Virus record (IMG/VR): IMGVR_UViG_3300036826_000357
Coordinates: 1-64,000 of that record
Origin: a virus
Reading direction: 5' to 3' (one strand)
DNA: 64,000 bases
Below, piece by piece: positions 57,101 through 64,000 of the stretch. The notes beneath the pieces are model-generated. The model did not search any database. It was not told where the DNA came from and worked only from the letters and a program-made list of their open reading frames with translations. Positions within the stretch are counted from its first letter, which is position 1; each line of letters starts with the position of its first letter. A program made the position numbers and the translations under genes.

Positions 57101-58360
57101 ATTGATCGGGACATCGGATGGCAACTGATACGTCCGATTGGCTGTGAGACTGGCAGTCGCCGGAGCCTTCAACCCGACAAAGTTCGAGTTATCGGTATCC
57201 CGCCAGCGAAACTCCCCACCACCCTGAACAGTCGGTGTGGAGCCACTTGAAAAGGTCACTCCACCACTGCCACCAACAGCAATAGCATCCGTCGTCCCAG
57301 TGCTATCACGGATGACCACGTTGTCCCCGACGAGAAACCGAGCAATACCACCCTCATCATGGATCGAACAGGTCGAACTGACACTGCCATCACCATTGCA
57401 CCGGAACCGCGTTGCGCCGTCGTTATCACGGATAACGGTATCGCCACTGTTGTTCACTGAAAACCGCGTTGCAGCTCCTCCATTAGTAATCACGCGGAAC
57501 TGTCCAGTACCGGGTGCTAACTGAACGTCGAAGAGACCGTTGGTAGCAGAATTAATGCGGATCGACGCCAAGGCGAAATTCAATCCCGTGCTCTGCGAGA
57601 CGGTAAATTCATCGTTGTTGTTCGTATCGTTGCCAACTGACCATACGTTGTCACCGGCAAAACGAATCTCTGCATTCACCGTTGCCGGCGTTGCCGATGT
57701 CACTATCAGCGGATTGGAGACTCCACCACCAGTTCCACACGGCTGCCAGGCAAACGTCGTCCCGGTCGCCTCATACGTTAGACAGTAGCCATCGACCTGT
57801 CCCGCCGACTTGATCGCATTCGGCGTCACGAGGTCGTTGGCCAGACTGCATGTACCGCCGATCACACCCAGATCGGAAATCGTGCACGTCGCATTGTCGA
57901 TAACGTTCCCCGTCGTCCCGTTGAACCTCGCAATCTGATTGTCAACATACGTCCCCGCTAGACTCTGCACATCAGCAGCAGAATTCCCGAAACAGCCAAC
58001 TGTCGTCCAAACCTGGCTGTCATTGATGTACGTCAAACACGTTGTTCCCGGCGTTCCCGTCCCTGCCGTGCACGCAGTCGTCGTGCAGTCAGTGACAATG
58101 TAGACCTTCGACAGCGTCACACTCGATGCAGTCGGCCGGTTCACAAACAGACCTGCTTGGAACCGACGCGACTCGTCCTGATTCGCCCAGTTCCAGTAAT
58201 ACTGCGGATACGATGCTGCCGGTACGCCAACACCGACCTTCGGAATGCGTAGAATGTCGGTAAACGACACCGTGCCAGGACTGGGATCCGGGTCCGCTCG
58301 CGCGTACCCAACCACCAGCACCATCACCAGCAGGATAAGCCCCCTAAATCGGGTCCACAT
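54119..58360 (-). CDS. Tail spike/fibre-like protein, pectin-lyase-like beta-helix, Cys-rich, with signal peptide
   Basis: MWTRFRGLILLVMVLVVGYARA-D; DSTAGVQAALN...IYIPGG; I.xN repeats; C..G..C...DC repeats. Confidence 0.75.
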   Translation of the reverse strand: MWTRFRGLILLVMVLVVGYARADPDPSPGTVSFTDILRIPKVGVGVPAASYPQYYWNWANQDESRRFQAGLFVNRPTASSVTLSKVYIVTDCTTTACTAGTGTPGTTCLTYINDSQVWTTVGCFGNSAADVQSLAGTYVDNQIARFNGTTGNVIDNATCTISDLGVIGGTCSLANDLVTPNAIKSAGQVDGYCLTYEATGTTFAWQPCGTGGGVSNPLIVTSATPATVNAEIRFAGDNVWSVGNDTNNNDEFTVSQSTGLNFALASIRINSATNGLFDVQLAPGTGQFRVITNGGAATRFSVNNSGDTVIRDNDGATRFRCNGDGSVSSTCSIHDEGGIARFLVGDNVVIRDSTGTTDAIAVGGSGGVTFSSGSTPTVQGGGEFRWRDTDNSNFVGLKAPATASLTANRTYQLPSDVPINGDVLVWHTGDVLQWDTISTTSITATPGVDCSGLTDSTAGVQAALNALGSTGATIYIPGGCKLGLKSPGAGAASILIPNNVHIVCADQSAGFFAQQQYCSTGTFGASASAFAPFGGATCNTNADCPGSGTCVSSFGAGAGAACTATTCFAPTAGQTYTMLKDSGGASSDIFIENCSIWAAQADPFQRCVGGSNPGKPCRQECSTGSTLPGARCDVNGDCISGTCDLSKMNCTTGGGSCTGAPLSPSGPGNIIPLDLTSTTNAKLTNVSIYDHFVTPNSSSGFSLSVGNQSTLVNVNAARELTDCTSPFATPTDSRCLSAGLNGGTCCYGAANNAFAAANKNNTQPTTNVFYGMKVGSDSQLIRTYARGKSFSFNAAAQTRIDESTVWPPSLNGPGTAACGFVISTYGQVAKSQALNLGTGCTGISLTGDDAGVIANKLGSNSLQSYAKGIDSTAVNSHIVSNTIKELGGNGIGIESTGTDVLIADNTIKDNGVIGNQIGISNHDTANALISNNRIGFSQGTQLPAAHGIGIKLGSAGSQNRVGLNHIQGGWRGITAENAPSGSLNNTQYVANRIVSQAGACFNLGGAGVFVDGNYCNSSNSVRPTTTCDPSCAVPNRGNQCNSDADCGTCSVTFKCVPEPAFAWIGHAGCTGGGCGTTHNTYAKNVVFMPSQQPVKQCGTTPAGQLCETATSTCNGGATCSTGTLGGCPGGAITCCQTGSEAGKYCCTAGSCLARTPTAFFRLSDYGATSPHTNLNIALNTVFPGGTVDSIIGVDMVGPQSLGNMVITGSQIVSNIFDGSNSTNSTAIKFPTAGTANVVNVDVADNGFYRWPTPASVGSIANYQGSFGSISLRNGSIARTDFPILLTTAQTLFSSLWGNDNNATENNFRSVIVGAGTIWKMTCTASDTPGGTSTRTFTVRKGTGGSAGGSSDTTMLCQMTAGVQQCTPAAGSASAPIAFALGDRFTMKQVSVVGTSLAATAASCALYVSFDTVM

Positions 58361-59294
58361 AACCCCTCGCATACAATGCCACAGTGTTTCCACCGCCCGT
58401 CCCGTTCCACTGCGCCCGAAATATCTGTGTTGAATCCACTTCTATATCGATTACATACGACACCAATATGGGCGAGTTTGTGTGGATCATCCCCCAGGTA
58501 CCAGTACCAGCCGTTCCATTCAGTACGTTACACTGCTGGCCAGCATTCGCATTCGCAATCGGCACCACAAAAATCGTGGCTATGCGCGATGTCGGCGGAA
58601 TGTACTTCTTGACGTCGACATTTTGCACCGTCGAGACAGTATTCGTTACATTAACGCTGTAGCTTGAATTCGCATCTGTACCGTCCATTCGATAATACAC
58701 ATGGTCATCTTCCTGAATGAACTGAAGGAAGTTGCTCGACGCATTGTTCCGAACGGCTCCAACTCGGACCCATTTCGTGTACCCCGTCACTGTCGCATGC
58801 GTGAGTACCAACCCCGCCCGTGTGTTCTGCTTCGAGAGTAGGAAGCCGATGTTCCCGGCCGCATTCACACCGACCCAGACATAGTACCAAAAATTGGCAT
58901 CCTCTGGATCGGCACCGAGATTATCAAACCCATTCAATCCATTGACCGTAATATCAACTGATCCACTAACAGCCTGTACGATCGTACCTTCGATCCCGAG
59001 TAGGTCTGCCGTAATGTCGAGCTTACTGTTCGGCGCAGCATTGTTATTGACAATCCGCAGTGCCCGGCGTCCCACACGAGAATTCAGTATCAACGCACTC
59101 TGTGCCGCCTGAATCCGTGCACCGACATCGGCATACACAGTTCCATCCACCGACGAAATGTGCGGATTCGCCCCCAACGTGGCGAGTGCTGCGAACAACT
59201 CCTCGACAACCTGTAGCCAATCTGCCGGCGTCACCTGCGCATCCTTCAATGCCGCAGAAGCAGTCGGAACAATCGGTGGATATTGCGCCGCCAC
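58344..59294 (-). CDS. Tail fibre / minor tail protein
   Basis: NGLNGFD...ANFWYYVW...GYTK..RVGAVRNN...FLQFIQ. Confidence 0.7.
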   Translation of the reverse strand: MAAQYPPIVPTASAALKDAQVTPADWLQVVEELFAALATLGANPHISSVDGTVYADVGARIQAAQSALILNSRVGRRALRIVNNNAAPNSKLDITADLLGIEGTIVQAVSGSVDITVNGLNGFDNLGADPEDANFWYYVWVGVNAAGNIGFLLSKQNTRAGLVLTHATVTGYTKWVRVGAVRNNASSNFLQFIQEDDHVYYRMDGTDANSSYSVNVTNTVSTVQNVDVKKYIPPTSRIATIFVVPIANANAGQQCNVLNGTAGTGTWGMIHTNSPILVSYVIDIEVDSTQIFRAQWNGTGGGNTVALYARGYVDPI

Positions 59295-62200
59295 TTACCC
59301 CCTCCCCCCCGCGCGCCGCGTGATTCCCGGCAACGCCTGCTTCACCTGTGCACTGAACCCACTACTCGCCGACCGACCATACAGCTTCGCCTCTGCCATC
59401 GACTTCGGCTGCGGCATGACAATCGTCGGCTGGAAAATAAACGTGGGCTCATGCGCTCCCCCATTACGCGGTACCGGCCGATCCAATCCCAACAATCGCC
59501 GACCCCGTGGACTCTCTAGCGGAATGATAACTTCAGGCTTGTTCCCCTCTCCTGCACGAATGATCGAATCCCGCAGAATAATCCCACCTTCCGCCGCTGC
59601 TGCCGTCGTCCGATGCCGTTTTCCCGGCCTCGGCGGGATGTTCAGACTCTTCGAGAAACCCTCCAGGTAATCCTCGATCGACTGCAACGTCTCCAACTGC
59701 GCCTGTGCCAAGAAGGCTTGTAACGAGGACGGATCGTTAATCAGCGCATCGATATCGGTTCCCGGCGGAACGATTGCCTTCAACTGCTCGCGAAGATTGC
59801 CGATTTGCGCCTGCATCAACGGCACCGCCTTATCAGACCAAATCTTCAACTGTGCGGCCAATTTCTGGTTCACTTCATCGATCTTTTCGGCTTGCGCTTT
59901 GGCAATCGCCCGGTCGGCATCATCAAGTGGCTTCCGCTTGTCATCGATAATCTGCTGCGCATCAGCCAAATCACGGAGCCGCTTCGTATGCCCCTCGATC
60001 TTCTCGTTGTCTTCCTTGATCTTCTTCTGATAGCCCTTGATTTCCTCCTGAATTCCCTTGGCTTCCTCATCGATGCTCTTAATATCGGCAAGTATTTTCG
60101 TGCGCTCGTCCTCTGCTGCCTGCGCCGTTTCGAGCACCCCTTCGATGGCTGCAAGCGATTGCTGCCGGAGCCGGGTCAAATCCCGGGAGCCTACGGAGTA
60201 GAGTTTCTGGCCTTGCTCGACTGCCAATCCAGCCAGCCGCTGCACTTCCGCCCCAGCAGTTGCTTTCTTTTGCAGATCGGTCTCGCCCTGGAACTGCGCG
60301 ACGGCTTCCCCGAGCTTCTGCCGGGTCTGTGCCAGTTCCGCGAAGCCGCCTCCCTTGATTGTGCCGGTGAGCGACTCCTTCATCTGCTTCAGACCATCAG
60401 TCAGGTCTGCCAGCGGACTAATGTCACTCAGCCGATCCTGTAGCTTCGATCGCCGATCAGCTAGCTCATCGAGCTTATCCTGCCGTGTCTCGATTTCCTT
60501 CTGATTCTTATCGATATCATCCTGTAGATCGCGAATGGCACGCTGCTCAATCCGAGATTCCCGCTCGATAGCTTCGGTATACGCATCCAACACATCCCGT
60601 TGCCGCTGAATGGCATCGTGATATGCCTGCGCCTGCTCATTGATGTCCTGAATCGTTGCCTGCGCCTGTGCCTGCAACAACTGCAATTGCCGATTCACCA
60701 ACTCCAACTGCGCGCCGGCACTCGATCCAGCCGTGACCAGATCGTTGTATTTCTTCTCGTTGTCGTCCAAGAACGACTGGTATTTCTGCCCGGTATCCGT
60801 CGCACCAGTCAGTCCATCAATCGTCTCGAACATCTGAATCTGGAAGTCTTGGAGCCCGCGCTCTGCCTGCCGAATCTGATCCACCAGATCACTGACGGTC
60901 TTCGCCCATGCTTCCGTGGCCTGCTTGAGCGCCTCCATCTGGTCTTTCGCTTCATCAAGTGCCTCCTGCTTCCTCTTCGTCTTCTTCAGCTTTGGCACTT
61001 CCTCCTGAAGCTGATCCAGCCGCTTGCGAGCACGCGCCGCGTCTTCCGTGGCCTGCTTCGCCTGCACAACTGATGTCGTCCCGGTCAATTGACCGACAAT
61101 CATTTCCCGCGTCCGCACGACATCGCGCTCCTGATCGAGCAGTGTCGTGGCCAATGCCGTTCGCCGCTCCCGCCGTGCCCGCGCCTTCTTCCCGCCACCA
61201 CGCTTCGTCTGGACTCGATCCACGTAGTCTTCGAGATTCGTCAAGAAGTCTGCGGGAAGCTCCGTAACGTCAAGCCCACGCGCTTCCACCAGCGTCTTCA
61301 CCGTCATGGCTTTCCGGACTTCTTTCGATATCTCCTTCACGGTAATATTCGGGTCGTTTTTCCGTAGCTGATCCACCAATGCGGCGACAGCCTTCGGATC
61401 ACCCGTTGCCTTCCCAAAAGCGGCCACAATTTTGAGTACCCGATCACCGAGTCGATTCGCCTCCTTCGTGGTAAACTCGGCACCATCCTCGATCGCCTGG
61501 AGCACCGCATCGCGGGTCTGCTTGCGAACTTCGGGCATATTCACGCCGCCCCGTTTGTTCACATTCGCAGCAAAGATGGCTCCCAGATCCACGCCGGCAA
61601 TATCGAATGCTGCCCCGAACTGTTGATACCCTATACGTCGCTTGGCGAGCACTGCTTCCGGCCGGTCTTTATCGCCCTTCCCCTTCATCTTGGCGACGGC
61701 AGCCTCGTAGGCATTCGCCTGGTTCAGCACGTTATAGATGGTACCGAACTGCAACCTCGTGAGATTCCGAATCGCTTTATTAACCGCTTCCTGATCTGCT
61801 CCACGGCGCGCGAGGACATTGAAAATCATGTTCTCGAAATTGCCCGCTAAATCCGGTCTGCGGAGTGCCACCGGCCCCATCGATGCAACTGTCGCACGCC
61901 CGAACAGCCCAATGGCTCCCCCACCCGCCATATCGACCCGTGCCTTCGCTTCCCGGCCGGTGATGTATTGCCCCTTATCCACCCCCGTCTTAATCCGTAC
62001 CCGAGTCGGCACGCCTGCGCCTTTGTAATCGCCCATGGATGGCGTGACATTGGCACCCATAATGGTGCTGAGCCGTTCAGCGAACTGCTCCTTCAATAGT
62101 TCCCGAATATCCGGCTTCGGTGCAGTCGCACTGATGATCGCGCCAATAATCGCCAGCACCGCCGCGATGACCCAGCCAATAACCGGCACAATCCAAATCG

Positions 62201-64000
62201 CCGCCGCGACCGCGAACAATCCCGCTGCTGCACCAATTGCCGCCCCGGCTTTGCCTTGTGACGTTTTTGCCTCGATGGCCCCCTTGATCCCCAGCCCCAA
62301 CCCAGCGAGACCGCCAACAACACCCACCGCTCCCAGAGCAGACCCAGCCGCCGACCCCCCTGCCGCTCCCGCAGCAGCAGCACCGCCCTGCGCCGCTGCT
62401 TGCCCAGCCGCCGCAGCTGTCGGTGCCGCAATCACGCCCACCGCTTGCCCAATTGCCTGCGCAGCTGCTTTGACGGCGACCACTAAAGAATCGAGCACCG
62501 GCCCAATCACCGGAATCTTGCCGAAAATACCGGCTGCGCCCGCTATTCCCCCTCCCTGACCTGAGAAACCCAACGCATTCAGAAGCAGGTTGGCCCCTAA
62601 GTTCCCTGGCGTCGCAGACAACCCCGAGATACCCGGACCGACCTGCGACAGCACACCAAGCTCGGACAGGAAATTGCCAAGACCTTGCACACCACCGAGT
62701 ATGCCGAGTGCAGCACCGCCGGTATCGAGAAGTCCACCCTTCCCTTTCATCAGGGTGAAGACTCCCCCGACGATACTCAGCAATGGCCCGGCGATCTTGA
62801 TAACGGTCTGGATTCCACTGAAAAGCTTATCTAATCCAAGACCCTTGAATCCGTTCTGAATCCCCTCCGAAACAGCACTCCCGAACAGCTTTTCATCAAC
62901 GAAACTGGCCGTCCCGAGAACACCCGGTACCCTTGCCGCCCCCGCGAGAACTCCGCCACCACCAGTCCGCTGAGCAACGGCTGCCGCACCACCACCACCA
63001 CCACCGAACAGACTCGACACCAACGTCGCGACCCCACCGAGTGCACCGACAATCGATCCCCCACCCGATCCACTGAGTAGCTTCAGGAATCCCGCTGCGA
63101 AGCCGATCAGCTTCTCGAACACCGACTTCCCCGTCGAAATAAGAAAGTCGAAGAAGCTGCCCCAGCCACCCTGCGCTTCCGTACCGGCATCACTGACTGC
63201 CTGCGCCGCCTTCTCGGCAGTCGGTCCGACCGTCTCCAATGCCTCCGCAGCTTGCTTCACTGCCGGCTCGACCGTCAGAATAGTCTTGCCGGCCGCGTCG
63301 GTACTCGACTTTACGACCCCAACAATGTTCGTGAAGGTCTCTTTCGTATCTTCTTGGATGAGACCCAACGCAACGCCGAACTGATGGACGAGACCTTTCT
63401 GGTCGGTGAAGAGGTTTTTGGAAATAATCCCTTCAAAATCGAGCTTGTTCTTGATCGTGGTGGAGAAAATGCTCTTCAGGATACCGATCCCGGAGTCGGC
63501 AAACTTCTTCAGCGTGTCCTTCGACTTCCCGAAATCGAACAATCCCTCGGTAATCAGATCACCAAATGCATCCTCGATCTGCCGGCCAACCTCCGCCGTC
63601 TCCTTCCCCAACTCCTTCACATGGTCGAGTTGGGCATCGAGCACCGGAATCCCAGCCTGAAGAATCGCCAGCCGCTTCTGATCCTGCTCGACGGCAAACT
63701 TCGTCTGCTCCACCAGTGCCGGAGCAATAGTCCCCGCCCTGAGATCCTCTTGCGTGCGCGCAATCGAATTCTGCAACGCCTGGATATCGATCTGTAACGC
63801 CGCCTTCTTCAACTCGATGATGCGCCGCTGAATATCTTGCCGCTGCGTGATCGAATGCTCTTCCTCCAGCCCAAGCTGAAGAATCTCAACGGCATTCCCA
63901 ATCTGCGTCTTCGTGAGATCGGCGGTTTGCTGCTCCGCTTGCGCTGCCTGTGTCCGGACCCGAGCAGCCTCCTGATACCGGCTCTGAAGGATGGCATTCT
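59295..64000 (-). CDS. Tail tape measure protein (5' end beyond window)
   Basis: Frame stays open from 63812 to the edge; Ala/Gly-rich hydrophobic and coiled-coil tracts; AEGGI...AGE..PEVIIPL C-terminal motif. Confidence 0.88.
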   Translation of the reverse strand, partial: NAILQSRYQEAARVRTQAAQAEQQTADLTKTQIGNAVEILQLGLEEEHSITQRQDIQRRIIELKKAALQIDIQALQNSIARTQEDLRAGTIAPALVEQTKFAVEQDQKRLAILQAGIPVLDAQLDHVKELGKETAEVGRQIEDAFGDLITEGLFDFGKSKDTLKKFADSGIGILKSIFSTTIKNKLDFEGIISKNLFTDQKGLVHQFGVALGLIQEDTKETFTNIVGVVKSSTDAAGKTILTVEPAVKQAAEALETVGPTAEKAAQAVSDAGTEAQGGWGSFFDFLISTGKSVFEKLIGFAAGFLKLLSGSGGGSIVGALGGVATLVSSLFGGGGGGAAAVAQRTGGGGVLAGAARVPGVLGTASFVDEKLFGSAVSEGIQNGFKGLGLDKLFSGIQTVIKIAGPLLSIVGGVFTLMKGKGGLLDTGGAALGILGGVQGLGNFLSELGVLSQVGPGISGLSATPGNLGANLLLNALGFSGQGGGIAGAAGIFGKIPVIGPVLDSLVVAVKAAAQAIGQAVGVIAAPTAAAAGQAAAQGGAAAAGAAGGSAAGSALGAVGVVGGLAGLGLGIKGAIEAKTSQGKAGAAIGAAAGLFAVAAAIWIVPVIGWVIAAVLAIIGAIISATAPKPDIRELLKEQFAERLSTIMGANVTPSMGDYKGAGVPTRVRIKTGVDKGQYITGREAKARVDMAGGGAIGLFGRATVASMGPVALRRPDLAGNFENMIFNVLARRGADQEAVNKAIRNLTRLQFGTIYNVLNQANAYEAAVAKMKGKGDKDRPEAVLAKRRIGYQQFGAAFDIAGVDLGAIFAANVNKRGGVNMPEVRKQTRDAVLQAIEDGAEFTTKEANRLGDRVLKIVAAFGKATGDPKAVAALVDQLRKNDPNITVKEISKEVRKAMTVKTLVEARGLDVTELPADFLTNLEDYVDRVQTKRGGGKKARARRERRTALATTLLDQERDVVRTREMIVGQLTGTTSVVQAKQATEDAARARKRLDQLQEEVPKLKKTKRKQEALDEAKDQMEALKQATEAWAKTVSDLVDQIRQAERGLQDFQIQMFETIDGLTGATDTGQKYQSFLDDNEKKYNDLVTAGSSAGAQLELVNRQLQLLQAQAQATIQDINEQAQAYHDAIQRQRDVLDAYTEAIERESRIEQRAIRDLQDDIDKNQKEIETRQDKLDELADRRSKLQDRLSDISPLADLTDGLKQMKESLTGTIKGGGFAELAQTRQKLGEAVAQFQGETDLQKKATAGAEVQRLAGLAVEQGQKLYSVGSRDLTRLRQQSLAAIEGVLETAQAAEDERTKILADIKSIDEEAKGIQEEIKGYQKKIKEDNEKIEGHTKRLRDLADAQQIIDDKRKPLDDADRAIAKAQAEKIDEVNQKLAAQLKIWSDKAVPLMQAQIGNLREQLKAIVPPGTDIDALINDPSSLQAFLAQAQLETLQSIEDYLEGFSKSLNIPPRPGKRHRTTAAAAEGGIILRDSIIRAGEGNKPEVIIPLESPRGRRLLGLDRPVPRNGGAHEPTFIFQPTIVMPQPKSMAEAKLYGRSASSGFSAQVKQALPGITRRAGGRG

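Larger units (their letters stand above)
1..64000. mobile_element. Tailed dsDNA bacteriophage genome segment (truncated at both window edges)
   Basis: Terminase, tape measure, tail proteins, endolysin, phage recombination genes and dense small ORFs; no host housekeeping genes. Confidence 0.95.

Overview
The whole window looks like part of one tailed dsDNA phage genome (siphovirus-like, high GC). It runs off both edges inside virion genes, and I see no host housekeeping genes. Two arms diverge from a cluster of sigma70-type promoters at about 41.7-42.3 kb. The short rightward arm (42-48 kb) holds small early genes. The long leftward arm (41.7 kb to 1) holds DUF932, ParB-like, PadR, tRNA-Thr, a putative replication initiator, a recombination block (gp32-like SSB, RecA, two resolvases, exonuclease, SSB), HNH nucleases, secreted proteins and the terminase large subunit. 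A leftward tail/lysis block (tape measure, tail fibres/spike, LamG tail protein, endolysin, collagen-like protein) fills 48-64 kb. No integrase, DNA polymerase, portal or capsid gene is visible. The most interesting signals are: (1) a promoter- and terminator-bounded small RNA (22186-22337) with bipartite complementarity to a terminator 1.4 kb away; (2) an 18-20 bp parS-like palindrome (TTTGACCACGTGGTCAAA) at five dispersed sites, together with a ParB-like protein; (3) a small protein ending in Gly-Gly coupled to two paralogous partner genes; (4) a Cys-rich tail-spike-like protein with a signal peptide; (5) a repeat-bounded modular gene array. Several protein families suggest a Candidatus Binatota-like host, which is inference from recalled motifs. 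All protein calls come from motif recognition by eye, not database searches.
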